From Myxococcota bacterium (GTDB lineage: Bacteria; Myxococcota_A; SURF-8; G963663525): a stretch of 64,000 nucleotides of DNA. Each line of letters begins with the position of its first letter. Position 1 is the stretch's first letter. Where the stretch lies: positions 1-64,000 of the forward strand of contig CAXXVK010000062.1 of the NCBI GenBank assembly GCA_963676915.2, in the 5' to 3' direction. A model generated the notes under the pieces. That model was given only the letters and a program-made list of their open reading frames with translations. It was not told the DNA's origin and ran no database searches. The translations under genes and the position numbers were made by a program. This document shows, in pieces, positions 50,401 through 59,693 of the stretch.

Positions 50401-50721
50401 CTTGCGGACCTTGAAAAGCTCTCGGCACAGATCGCCAGAAAACAAAGCATTCAAATCGACGAACTTTCCGAAGAGGTGGAAAAACTTCGGAAGCAGCGTG
50501 ACAAACGCCAGCCGGCGACGTCGTCCTCTTCAGCGATGCGAGCCTTTGATGACGATACGGACCTGTCCTCTGCCATCTACGAAGTGGATTTGAAAACGAA
50601 GATGTATCATTCCCTGCATCGCGAACATTTGACGCTGAAAACGAAGTTCTTGCGCTACGAGAAAAAAATCAACGCTCTGTTGGAATTGCTCGATCGCCAT
50701 GGTATTCGATACGACAATTGA
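44410..50721 (+). CDS. FrzS/AglZ-like protein: pseudo-receiver domain plus ~1950-aa coiled coil
   Basis: KILLIDPD...KPDVLLICVEL (no acceptor Asp)...FKEHEKLPRHADMYATKPID, resembling the FrzS/AglZ receiver as recalled; E/Q/L/K heptad-rich remainder. Confidence 0.75.
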   Translation: MSKRKILLIDPDESFAKQLGGHLKSLPVEFEQVAAGDKGISRYQQWKPDVLLICVELTDTNGFNLFEMINSLQASGQCFIVMIGGINHAASFKEHEKLPRHADMYATKPIDLNQFQNRLASRLKWIPMIAAPVNEVSKATPATKEPASDASEPPTEQKASESKPKPQTKTSSKKKSQALQQLRKELAESYIEKSSLEMQLQEVEEKKESLQSELDETKFELQKANFKIETLGHDVERLRKSLTTRGEESPQRLEKLQELHDKVESIRSSREEDAQRLEILLKEKEEELGILRQNATEMLEETQEEKNLLKEQLQKTQQKSKEQLLKLQKELEDRSREFEKSQEEIQIGLVSKLEENKEKLGKKELELASLKEEYESKLEDLELLLLSSREDLEQVKEDAMMLRQTLTERDSEFEAYKEQSEKDRAESSVRAQELEETLMEYRLESAILLEESNEQSRKLKLENAELQEKLLKEKLFSEQESNRLSKELEQVQKQLENEQQALRDVQEVHEKERQSLEENLQHLQKEKDSSSETAKKQTERLEELEQKLAESQEAFEQQKRELEDSQKTLEAHQSEFESLQTQFKEQTESLQQRDTELESSKTEMEEIRTRLLEKTSALDEKTKEIEALQETLQQRDASLETSQSEVEDVQAQLSEQASALDEKTREIEALQETLQQRDTALETSQSEVEEVQAQLSEQASTLNEKTKEIEALQETLQQRDASLETSQSEVEDVQAQLSEQASALDEKTKEIEALQETLQQRDTALETSQSEVEEVQAQLSELASALNEKTKEIEALQETLQQRDTALETSQSEVEDVQAQLSEQASTLDEKTKEIDSLQETLQQRDAALETSQSKVEDVRAQLSEQASALDEKTREIEALQETLQQRDTALETKHQEAEELQVQLAEQLSVFEVKSYEFAGREAVWQEDLQLARSEAEQLQTQLAERTASLEEIHSENARFKQELADSLKELEEVRREREDFQALLNEREEALEEAQQSIVDEKEQYRQLQESSQSEQNEAREQLEVLERRKVELETEVQEKTESFEMSRRDWEAQNDQQRKMIDELSQKLAKRSDELAQLRKSQQKERQEFELQQEQREKELESLREKQEQLASEFASQKEDFEQQLAERREALDSAQASLSEKEQEIENLRASSGEEVSSLRNELSEKEQAKTELETALEEARSEFASEKEDFERQLAERREALESAQASLSEKEQEIESLRASSGEEVSNLRDKLSEKEQAKADLETTLEEARTEFASQKDDFERQLTERREALETAQASLSEKEQEIESLRASSGEEVSNLRDKLSEKEQAKADLETTLEEARTEFASQKDDFERQLTERREALDSAQASLTDKEQEIETLRASSGEEVSSLRNELSEKEQAKADLETALEEARSEFASEKEDFERQLAERREALETAQASLTEKEQEIERLQASSGEEVSRLRDELSEKEQAKAELETALEEARSEFVSQKNDFERQLAERREALETAQASLSEKEQEIQSLRASSGEEVSSLRNELSEKEQAKADLETALEEARSEFASEKEDFERQLAERREALETAQASLTDKEQEIETLRSSSGEEVSSLRDELSEKEQAKADLETALEEARTEFASQKEDFERQLTERREALETAQASLSEKEQEIETLRSSSGEEVSSLRNELSEKEQAKADLETALEEARTKFASEKDDLNRQLAERREALETAQASLVEKEQEIERLQASSGKELSSLRNELVQWETRLDEANQALEDQTLQHAQKLEEHKRQLEANEERYRADGQRLQGRIDELNQTIIDLNQRLQEDETKMQDVLEKSSKDVKALRQQLKAKEEELEPLRKDQAERIRLQSELESRDDLVAKLEKDLAELHDFINEHKKSAEIHQKHYDALEKELRELEKQQVQSEKVQQQAQELKDQIERKEGDILALHTDIADERQRREGLEKSYADLQKRLEQATHEASEAHPKDNGLSKKLRQVLEENSQYQELLQTKNDESEKYRQRLADLEKLSAQIARKQSIQIDELSEEVEKLRKQRDKRQPATSSSSAMRAFDDDTDLSSAIYEVDLKTKMYHSLHREHLTLKTKFLRYEKKINALLELLDRHGIRYDN
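46255..47088 (+). repeat. Intragenic tandem repeat, 126 bp (42 aa) x ~6.6
   Basis: Units start at 46255, 46381, 46507, 46633, 46759, 46885, 47011; EKTKEIEALQETLQQRDASLETSQSEVEDVQAQLSEQASALD. Confidence 0.92.
47755..49614 (+). repeat. Intragenic tandem repeat, 213 bp (71 aa) x ~8.7
   Basis: Units start at 47755, 47968, 48181, 48394, 48607, 48820, 49033, 49246, 49459; EFASQKEDFERQLAERREALE...LETALEEARS. Confidence 0.92.
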
Positions 50722-50777
50722 ATATCCTCTGGTGATCCGTGAATCTATTTCCAAATCCATAAGGTCAATCAAACGCC

Positions 50778-51269
50778 GTGTCGATTCTTTCCCTACTTTT
50801 TGTTTATATTCTTTGTTCTTCGCCGTCGCCACTGGACGGATTTCGGATCGAGTTGCCCGAATTCATTCAGGGTGGAGCGAAAGTGGAAATCGAAAGCGAA
50901 GAGGTTGTCTGGCAAGCCAAAGACGGCGGGGTGCTTTTTAAAGGGAATGTTCGCCTCAAACAAGGCGACTTTTTGTTGACGTGTACCCAATTGACGGTTG
51001 TTTCCGGTCCCCAAGGAGGGATTTCCCGCGTGGAAGCCTCGGGAGAGGTCGAATTGAAACGGGAAACCTGGCGAGCCAAAGCCCAACGGGCGGTGTTCGA
51101 GATCGAGCGGTCCAACTTGACATTGACGGGTCAGCCCGAAATGCTTCGGGAAGGTCAGGTGTTGCGTGGGCGAGAAATCGTCATCGACATGAAAAACGAT
51201 ACCGTACGCGCTGTGGGTGCCAAGGCCGTGTTTCACCTCGAAGATCTTAAGAAAACTTCGAAAAAGTAA
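50778..51269 (+). CDS. lptA: LptA/OstA-family LPS transport periplasmic protein
   Basis: Signal peptide; FKGNVRLKQGD, VEASGEV, LTLTGQP, LRGREIVID beta-jellyroll pattern. Confidence 0.75.
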   Translation: MSILSLLFVYILCSSPSPLDGFRIELPEFIQGGAKVEIESEEVVWQAKDGGVLFKGNVRLKQGDFLLTCTQLTVVSGPQGGISRVEASGEVELKRETWRAKAQRAVFEIERSNLTLTGQPEMLREGQVLRGREIVIDMKNDTVRAVGAKAVFHLEDLKKTSKK

Positions 51270-51292
51270 GAAAATTCTGAGGCTTGGGGATT

Positions 51293-52174
51293 TTATTTCT
51301 TCCATCGTGCGTGGAACCACACCCATTGTTCGGGACGTTTTCGGATGGCTAGCTCCAGCGTTTGGGTGGCTTTGCAGGTCAGGCGGCGATATTCTTCTTT
51401 TGTAACGGCGCGTGCTTCCAATGCTGGCGAGGCATGAACGAGATGCCCGCGCTCGGTACGCTCGATCCAGCAAACCACCATTGGAGACTTGTAACGCGCT
51501 GCCAGCACCGCCGCACCTATTGGAGTGAAGGCAGGAGCGGAGAAAAAAGGAACCGCTACACTGGAAACACGGGTGCTTTGGTCAATCAACACAGCGACGA
51601 TCCCGTTTTGGTCGAGAATTTCCTGCGTTTTTTCATCCCGGAGTTCGTCATCGCGGGCGATGCAACGCATTCCATGAATTTCGCGAGAAGAGACGATCAG
51701 TCGATCAATTCCAGGGTCGTAGCTGGCTTTGTAAAAAGTGGCCGTTGGCGAAAAGGTTCGAGCTATCACAGCGGAAAGCAGTTCCCAATTGCCGATATGA
51801 CCCGATGCCAGTACGATACCGCGTCGCCTTTTCAATGCTTCCGAAAACGCTTCTCGGGAACCTTCAGACCATTGCACGGTACGAAGGACTTCGTCCGGTC
51901 GGAACGTCAGATCGAGGGTTTCGACCAGTGAACGAGCCAGATGGCGGCACAGGTTGCGTACGATGTCCGTTGCCTGAGAGGGCGTGGTTCCCAAAAAGGT
52001 TCGGAGTTGTTTTCGGGCCAGCCTTTTTTCTTTCCATGCGAACCAAAACGCAAGAGACGCCAGTACCGAAATCAATGGCTCTCGCCAACGGTACAGAACG
52101 TTTTGATAGAATTCGATTCCTTTGCCGAACATCCAGGCCAGCACACGGTTTTTCCATTTTCGACGTGGAGGCAA
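51293..52174 (-). CDS. Lipid A late acyltransferase (LpxL/HtrB family)
   Basis: SGHIGNWEL, LIDQ, VPFF, IRKRPEQWVWFHARWK. Confidence 0.88.
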   Translation of the reverse strand: MPPRRKWKNRVLAWMFGKGIEFYQNVLYRWREPLISVLASLAFWFAWKEKRLARKQLRTFLGTTPSQATDIVRNLCRHLARSLVETLDLTFRPDEVLRTVQWSEGSREAFSEALKRRRGIVLASGHIGNWELLSAVIARTFSPTATFYKASYDPGIDRLIVSSREIHGMRCIARDDELRDEKTQEILDQNGIVAVLIDQSTRVSSVAVPFFSAPAFTPIGAAVLAARYKSPMVVCWIERTERGHLVHASPALEARAVTKEEYRRLTCKATQTLELAIRKRPEQWVWFHARWKK

Positions 52175-52223
52175 GAGTCCAACCCTTCAGATAAAAAAGC
52201 AATGGAACCAATAGCAAAACACG

Positions 52224-53280
52224 TTAGGGTTTCTGCTTTTTCCTGAATTCGGCCACCATGTCAAGAACGCGATCCAGCAGGGCACGGTCGTAAAAGCGGC
52301 CTGTTTTCGCAAGGTTGATACGCATGGCTTTGATTGCTTCGACCACTGGTGCCAACTCGGAATCCGAAGGGGGACGGGTAAGGGCGATCCCCATTTTTTT
52401 CATCTGCTTGAGTGCTGCAAGGTTCTCGTTGCGCATTTTTTCTCCCAATTCACGCAACTTGGAACGTACAACCTGCTTCAATACCTTCTGGTCGGCGGGG
52501 AGCAAGCTGTCGAAAACCCTCTTTTCGAAGAATCAATGCTCCGGTGGGATTGACGATCTTCAGCCCCGAGATTGCTTTGAGGTATTCGTGCCATTGCATG
52601 GCAACGGCCCCATACGGATTGGAATAAATCGAGTCTATCAGCCCCGTGCGCAGACCGTTAAGCACGTCGGGGACGGCAATGGAACGTGGTGAAATTCCAA
52701 AGGCTTTTACAGTTTCGGCGGCCAGTTCATCGCCTTCCCACACCGCGAGTTTAAGATTCTTGAAATCTTCTACCGTTCGAAGGGGTTGTTGAGAGAAAAA
52801 GTAAACGAAACCAAGTTGCACGAGCGATAGCAGAACGAACCCTTTTTTCTCGTATTCGGCGGCAAAATAGTCGAAAAGTCCATCCTGCACGGCGATAACC
52901 TCTTCGGCGGTTTCGAATACCATCGGCAGGTCGAGCACTCGGTGGGAAGGAACGATCCGTGCTAATCCGTTTCCGCTGAATGCTCCGGCGTGAAGCTGTT
53001 TTTGTTCGATTTTGGCCAGCATTTCCTTTTCGTCGCCTTGCTGACCGCCAGGGTAGAAACGAAAGCCTACTCGACCTTGTGTTTGCTTGCGAACCTCACG
53101 GTCCACATCGTGCATGGTACCCATCCAACTGGTGCCCTCTGGGGCGAGCGTCGCGAAGCGCAAAGTCACTTCGTCGGCAGCATTCGCCGTAGCGGCATAT
53201 GCCAGCCAAACGAGACATAGCATGCAGACACAGAACGTACTTTTCACGAAAACCTGCTTCATTCCAACCATCCGATCCAT
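52224..53280 (-). CDS. dctP: TRAP substrate-binding protein DctP (TPAT TatP type), frameshift near 52500
   Basis: LRFATLAPEGTSW, FYPGGQQGDEKEML.KI...QLHAGAF, GFVYFFS; C-terminus in ORF 52224-52505. Confidence 0.85.
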
Positions 53281-53287
53281 CAATCAC

Positions 53288-54250
53288 TCAATCCACAAAC
53301 AATTCTTCCGTTTCGGGTGGAGGCGCTGGCGAAAACGAATTCGCCGGATCTTCTCCGAGTTTTATCAATAAGTTACGAGCTTTTTCCTTGGCGACGGCAT
53401 TGACCAATGCCGCATCGGGAATCGCTTGCGGGTCCGCCAGCATTATTTCCCGCAGCAAGGATTTGGCCAGATCCGTTTTCATATTTCCCAAGGCATAGTG
53501 TTGGGCATAGTAAAACAACGTGAGCAAAAACATGCGCTCGTTGAGTTCCAACGCCCGCTCGAAATGTTCCCGAGCCTTTTCGGGATTTCCTCCCAATGCT
53601 TTGGGAACCGCTGCCTCCATGGCTCCGAGAAAGCTGTCCGCTCCTGCATAATAATAGGTAGGAGAAAAATCCGCTACCCGCTGCATCATCGCTTTGATTC
53701 GACCAAGATACGCCACCTCGGCGGGATCGTCGGTCTTGATCTGGATCAGCAATCCCCAACTTGCTGCCGTCCAGTATAAATACTCGATGTGGCGTTCCGA
53801 TTTCCAACGCTGGAGTCTAAGAGCCAACGCTTCGGCTCCTTCGTCGAAAGCTTTTGAAAATCCCGGATCTTGTCGAAGCCATTCCATGCCCAAATCACGT
53901 GCTCGACGATAGAAATTCGCCGCACGTTCGGGGTTTTCTTCTTCGACAAATGCCATGGCGTATCCCGACCACCCCCGCATCAACAGCAGCCGGATGTCAT
54001 CCTGTCCGGGATCGGAACGATAGACGCCTTCGAGCAGTTTCAAGTTTCCGGCCATGGCTTCGTGTGCGAAAGGAAGGTCCGTTTCGCTTTCGATAGCCAT
54101 TGCTCCTTCTGCAAGAAACGGCTCCATGGTTCGCACGACCACTTTGGTACACGAAGTGGCGAACAAACACAGAAACACAACGAATAACAGCCGCTTACAG
54201 CAACCGTTGACAACAAAACGAAACAATGGATGCGATGGCAAAACGTTCAT
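53288..54250 (-). CDS. TRAP transporter TatT component lipoprotein (TPAT)
   Basis: Lipobox-like ATSC; ETDL.FA.EAMAGNLKLLEG, YAMAFVE, RA..FY.RARD.G, PKALGGNPEKAREHFERAL; start uncertain. Confidence 0.85.
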   Translation of the reverse strand: MNVLPSHPLFRFVVNGCCKRLLFVVFLCLFATSCTKVVVRTMEPFLAEGAMAIESETDLPFAHEAMAGNLKLLEGVYRSDPGQDDIRLLLMRGWSGYAMAFVEEENPERAANFYRRARDLGMEWLRQDPGFSKAFDEGAEALALRLQRWKSERHIEYLYWTAASWGLLIQIKTDDPAEVAYLGRIKAMMQRVADFSPTYYYAGADSFLGAMEAAVPKALGGNPEKAREHFERALELNERMFLLTLFYYAQHYALGNMKTDLAKSLLREIMLADPQAIPDAALVNAVAKEKARNLLIKLGEDPANSFSPAPPPETEELFVD

Positions 54251-54358
54251 CGGCCAACCTTGAAAACGGATCGGGTTGCGAGATCGTAAAGGATTCGAGT
54301 ACAGTCTAGCGAATTTCGGGCAAATGTGAAGGGAAAAGCCCAGCAAACAATAGGACGC

Positions 54359-55558
54359 ATGATGAATGCACAATGGCTCATCCGGTGGATCATCCGGCTG
54401 TGGGGAAGAAAACGCGACGGAAACAGCGCTCCTTTGAACAATGAACAACGGGCCGGTATTCGTTTCATCCTGCTGATTCGTGTGGATGAGCGCATGGGCA
54501 ACGTGCTGCTGACCACTCCGTTAGCCCAGGCTTTGTGCGAACAATTCCCGAATGCTCGGATCGAATGGCTGGTCTGTCGCCGCTATCGATGGTTGGTGGA
54601 TGATTCCGCGCCACCGGCAAACCGAGCCAACCTGCGAATTCTGCCTTTCGAAAAACGAGCCTTGTGGACGGCTCCATGGTACTATTTCACGTTGATTTTT
54701 CACCTGTTACAAACGCGTTACGATCTTGTTATCGACGCTGCACACGAACATCGGGCCTCGTTTACCTCGCTGATTCTAGCTCTTTTGGCCGGAGGGCGTT
54801 GGCTCGTCGGACATCGACGCGGCATGGAAGCCGACAACATCTATACCCACGCGGTGGCAACGAACGCACCCGACGACATCCACCCCGGAGAAGAAGCTCA
54901 CGACGCCTTACGAAAGCTGCGTTTGCTAGCACCGATAACGAATCACGTACCCGATGTCTCCCCTTGGATGTCCACATTGCCGGAAAACGTGGAGGATGAT
55001 GTACGGGAATGGCTACAGGCCCGGCGTATAGAAAACACTCGACTGCTTGGCGTGTATGTGGGAGGTCGCAAACCGGACCATCGCTGGCCGGTGGAACGTT
55101 TTGGCAAATTTCTTGAATCGTTCGGTCCTCCGGCGGGATGGAGAGTCGTGATTCTCTGGGGACCGGGAGAAGAAGAACTGGCGGTTGAGCTCGAAAAGAA
55201 AAGCGAGGGAAGGGCGTTGAGGATTCCGGCCTGTGATATTAGCTATTTACAAGCGTTTTTACGAGCCTGCGATATGGTAGTTGTCGGCAATACCGGTCCG
55301 TTGCACATGAGTTGGGCGCTTGGTGTACCGACCATTGCGGTGTTTCGTTCGTCCGATGCGCTACGTTGGCTTCCTCGCTCACCCAACACTGTTGGAGTTC
55401 TGCCGGATGACGAATCAGGCCCATTGCCTGAAAACGTCGAAAGCGCCGCACGCTATGTGGCGAGTCAAATCGAGGACGGCGTGTTTGTTCCTCCCAAGTA
55501 TGACTTCGAAAAAGAGCATGCTTCCACCGATCGTAATTCGGAGGAAATATTGCCATGA
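54359..55558 (+). CDS. Glycosyltransferase family 9 (heptosyltransferase-like)
   Basis: RMGNVLLTTPL..AL...FPNARI, RWPVERF, WGPGE, GNTGPLHMS.ALGVPTIAVF. Confidence 0.88.
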   Translation: MMNAQWLIRWIIRLWGRKRDGNSAPLNNEQRAGIRFILLIRVDERMGNVLLTTPLAQALCEQFPNARIEWLVCRRYRWLVDDSAPPANRANLRILPFEKRALWTAPWYYFTLIFHLLQTRYDLVIDAAHEHRASFTSLILALLAGGRWLVGHRRGMEADNIYTHAVATNAPDDIHPGEEAHDALRKLRLLAPITNHVPDVSPWMSTLPENVEDDVREWLQARRIENTRLLGVYVGGRKPDHRWPVERFGKFLESFGPPAGWRVVILWGPGEEELAVELEKKSEGRALRIPACDISYLQAFLRACDMVVVGNTGPLHMSWALGVPTIAVFRSSDALRWLPRSPNTVGVLPDDESGPLPENVESAARYVASQIEDGVFVPPKYDFEKEHASTDRNSEEILP

Positions 55559-56686
55559 CGGCGCTTCGGGTCGTGCATTTGCTGGCTTGTCCTACGCTTA
55601 CCGGTCCGGGCGCCGCCGCAGTGCCGATGATTCTTGCCACCCGAAGCGCCGGAGCGGAAATCAACGTCTTTCTCGATGGTTTCCGCCCCGACAACCTTGC
55701 ACGTCTGCTGAAAAATCATGGTGTGTATACTGATGAAAGTTTGTCATTATCCACGATTGCTCCGGCATGGAAGACCCTTCGTGATGTTCAACAGTTACGA
55801 AGGATTTTCAAGAAAAATCCGCCGGATGCTTTGGTTACGCACACCAGTCACGATCACATCATCGGATGGTTGAGCACACGTGGCTTACCAAAACATGTGC
55901 CATTGATTCGCACGCTGCACTCGAAGCGATCATTGCAACCGAGACTGGGACAACGTTGGCTGTGGAGTCAAACGGACGCCGTAGTGTGTCACGTACGACA
56001 GTGGAAGATGTTTTGCACGAAACCTTTGGTTTTCCCCTGAAGAAAGTACATTTCACTCCGCTACCGATGGAAAACACAAGCTTTTCCCCAGTAGGAAACG
56101 ACTTGCGGTCGCAGTTTGGAATTCCTACGAAAGCACCGGTACTTGGAGTGGTGGCAAGGATCAAGCCGGGGCGACGCTTGTTTACACTGCTGGCTGCCAT
56201 GCATTCGGTGGGGCGTTCTCTGGGATTGCATCTTATGGTTGTCGGTACGGGAGAATCCGCCGAGACACTGAAGACTCTTTGTCGCCATTGGCGACTGGAA
56301 GAAAATGTCCATTTTACCGGCTATCTTCACGGCAATCTGCTTCCCAGTGCCTACCGAACGATGGATGCTCTGTTGCTTGCAGCCGAAGGGAACGACGGTT
56401 CCTGCCGGATGATCTCGGAGGCGGCTCTTTCGGGCGTTCCCGTGATCGGTTTTTCGGGAATCGAAGCCGTACGAGAGCAAGTGGTTCCCGATCGTACCGA
56501 CAAATGGTTCGATGTGGCGGGAAACTCGGCCTATGCCTGGCGTTCGGCCTTCGAAAACGTTTTCAGAATGTTCGTGCAAGAAAACGACTGGCACGAATAC
56601 GGAGAACAGGCGAGAATAAAGTGCCTCGAATCACCGACGGCAAAGACAATTGGGGTAAGTGGCTGGAATTCCTCGAAACTCTGTAA
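55555..56686 (+). CDS. Glycosyltransferase family 4, frameshifted
   Basis: TGPGA...THTSHDH...RTLH in ORF 55555-56040; VARIKPGR, VVGTG, VHFTGY, EAALSGVPVIG in ORF 55866-56702. Confidence 0.75.
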
Positions 56687-56751
56687 AACAGTTAGCTTGT
56701 GAATGATCAAACATATGATTGGAAAGTGTATGAGTTTTTGCAGAAAAAATC

Positions 56752-56816
56752 GTAGGTCGGGCTAATTTTTAGCCCGACACCTTGGCCTTGTCGGGCAAGA
56801 AATTTGCCCGACCTAC
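56752..56816. repeat. GTAG-type REP doublet
   Basis: GTAGGTCGGGCTAATTTTTAGCCCGACA (56752-56779) and inverted TGTCGGGCAAGAAATTTGCCCGACCTAC (56789-56816); each arm is self-palindromic. Confidence 0.82.
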
Positions 56817-56975
56817 TGGACGCACGCGCCGATATCTTTTACAGTTCGGGGAGTCGGAATATCCGATCGTATGGACGTACTTGCAAAATTTCATCATGAA
56901 ACAGATACTTTCGAGCAAAAACGTACGAGACCGTTTTCAAAGGTTTGTAGCATCTAACAGGCAAGGTTCGAGAGC

Positions 56976-57580
56976 ATGAAGGCTCAGCGACAGGACAACG
57001 ACGTTCGCGATTTGGTAATCGCGGCTAGAGACGGCGACCGAGACGCTCTCGAACGGCTGTTGGTTGCACATCTACCGTATCTCAGACGTTTGTGTCTGAG
57101 AATTTCGGGAGGTGACGAGCAGGTTACGGCGGATGGCGTTGCAGGAAGTGGCGCTGGCATTGCTCGACCGATTCGAGTCTCTTAAAGATGCCGGGCATTT
57201 CGCTCCTGGGTTTCGACAATCGCCGTCAACGCCTGCCGGATGGAAATGCGGCGTCGGAATCGATGGTGGAAACGGTTTACGAGTTACGATGTCCAGCCAC
57301 GGATTTTCGAGGATAAAGTGCAGGACATCCGCGACAACGCCGAAGTCAGACGATCAAAGAGGAGGCTGGTCAGCACGTATGGAAATTGTTGAAAAAACTT
57401 CCAGACGACCAGCGCGTGGTGTTTGTGCTTTGCGATATCGAAAAGTTCGCTTATGCGGAAGTTGCCGAAATTCTTGGAGGAAACGCGGAAAGCATCCGAT
57501 CCCGCGTTCGTCGGGCACGTGGGGCGGTTGGTCGTCTCGTTGCCAAAGACGAGGTGATGAGGGAGATGCTCGATGAGTAA
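56976..57580 (+). CDS. ECF RNA polymerase sigma factor, frameshifted
   Basis: LVIAARDGDRDALERLL, ALQEV..., IAVNACR, LKKLPDDQRVVFVLCDIEKFAYAEVAEILG...SIRSRVRRAR spread over several frames. Confidence 0.8.
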
Positions 57581-58390
57581 CCGGGACTACGAAGACCTGG
57601 GAAAACGCCTGGAGATTGGATTCTCGCTCGCAGAAAAGCGACGGCGATGAAGTTTCCCATTTCGAAGCTTCGCGCATTCTCGCAGCGGCGAGAAAACGTC
57701 GAATGAAGCGCGCTCGTACCGTTGCCTCTCAGGGTTTCGGGTGGACGCCCATTGTCGCTACAGGTGTGGCGGTCGGGTTTGCCATGCTGGTGGTTTTTCT
57801 TTTCCCGATGTTCGCACCGCCGAAGATTCCGAGATCGTGCAAAATTCCCGAAAACTAGGGTTGATTCTCCCGTTGCCCACAAAAAGGAAACAGCCAAGCG
57901 TGTACTCGTGGCTCAAATGATGCCGCGACAACTCCACCACAACAACAAGGTACGGCTCCCGCACAAAAGATCGAAAGAAAACAACGGGTTAGCGTTCCCA
58001 AAACGTTGCAGAAAAAGGGCAGACAGCCGAAACCGGTTCGAGCTATTGTAGAAACGAACCTTGTCGAACGGATTGCAAAGCTGGAAGACAAAAAGGCGGC
58101 AGCCGCTCCGAAAATCGCAAAGTGCCAAAAAACAAGCGCCAGAGAAAAACGAACAAGAAAGTTCTGCAACGAACGAACAATGGGAAGACAACCTGACCGT
58201 AAAAGTCAAACGAAACGGGTGTTCCCAAGAAATGTGTGAAGAATTGAGGGAGAACTTTACCCCCAAACCGTCGGCCAAAGATCGACGCGCCAGAGAATTG
58301 CTGTTGGAATGCCTGATCGAGATGGACCGCAAAGACGAATATGGTATGGAAAAAGATCGGTTCGTGCGAAAATACGAAGAGAACATGTAG
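57573..58390 (+). CDS. Putative membrane anti-sigma factor, frameshifted
   Basis: ATG overlaps the sigma stop; one TM (IVATGVAVGFAMLVVFLF), low-complexity K/P/A linker, helical C-terminus in ORF 58061-58390. Confidence 0.45.
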
Positions 58391-58426
58391 TCTCTCGCTG
58401 TTTTATTCCTAACAATTGAATTTTCT

Positions 58427-59693
58427 ATGTTTTCCTTTATTCATTGTGCCGACATCCATTTGGATAGTCCTCTGCGTGGCCTGGAGAAATACGAAGGTGC
58501 GCCGGTTCGAACGATTGCGTGACGCCAGCCGTCGGGCGTTCGAAAATCTCGTGGATTTCGCGCTGGAACGAGGCGTGGCGTTCATGCTGATCGCCGGGGA
58601 TCTTTTCGACGGCGATTGGGAGGATTTCGGTACGGGACTGTACTTCAATTCTCAGATTGCAAGGTTGCGTCAGGTTGGAATTCGGGTATTCGTCGTTCAC
58701 GGCAATCATGACGCCATGACGAGCATTTCACGGCACTTGATCTGGCCGGAAAACGTCCACGTTTTTCCCTGCGGCAACGCCGAAACCATCCACTTGGACG
58801 AATGGAAAACCGCCGTCCACGGTATCAGTTACGAACATCGTGCCGAATCGCGCAATCTCGCTTCGATGTTTCCAGAACGAGTGGTCGGAGCATTCAATAT
58901 CGGTCTGCTGCATACCAGTCTGGATGGTCGCGCCGGACATGAACCGTATGCACCATGCACCATCGACGATCTGACCTCCAAAGGATACGATTACTGGGCT
59001 TTGGGACACGTCCATCGGCGTGAAGAAGTCCGAACGGGAGAACCATGGGTCGTTTTCCCGGTAATCTTCAAGGACGACACGTTCACGAACAAGGCAAAAA
59101 AGGTTGCACGCTGGTTCGTGTCGAAGAGGACGGTTCGGCTACCCGTCGAAGCCATCCAACTGGATGTCGTCCGTTGGAAAAGTCTGGAAATTCCATGGGA
59201 AACCGATAATCAAGACGACCTTCTCGAACGTGTTGGACATCGGATTGAGGGAGAAATATCCCACATTTCCGACCGATTGCTTGCTTTGCGACTGATTTTT
59301 ACCGGCTCGGATCTCTCGCTTTTGGACCAACATGTTCGGTCGTCGCAGTTGCTCCAACAATTGCGCGCCGTAGCTGCGGATCGCGGTGGCGGACAAGTGT
59401 GGTTGAAAGACCTGCGCTTCGTATCAAGCGATTCGGAAAAGATGCCTCGTTGGCGTCTCGAAAAAGAAAACGGATCTGGATCTTTTGCAAGCGCTAATCC
59501 AGTATTCTCCTGAAGAATCGGAAAAGCGGAACTACTGGGAATTATAGAGGAATTAACGAAAAAACTACCAATTGAAGCTTTTGCGGACGAGGAGTTTCAA
59601 AGGAAGATCGATCCGGAAAGATTCGACGAGTTTTTGGATGATACGCGGCGCTGGTTGCTCTCCCGCTTTCTTGTTACGGACAATGAACGATGA
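58427..59693 (+). CDS. yhaO: YhaO/SbcD-like (Mre11-type) DNA repair exonuclease, frameshifted
   Basis: MFSFIHCADIHLDSPLRGL, AGDLFDG, HGNHDA, GLLHTS, YDYWALGHVH; stop overlaps the next ATG (ATGA). Confidence 0.85.

Noticed and set aside
856-59693. Calling the frameshifted genes pseudogenes
   Set aside because: Catalytic motifs are intact and the lesions are single-base indels typical of sequencing error
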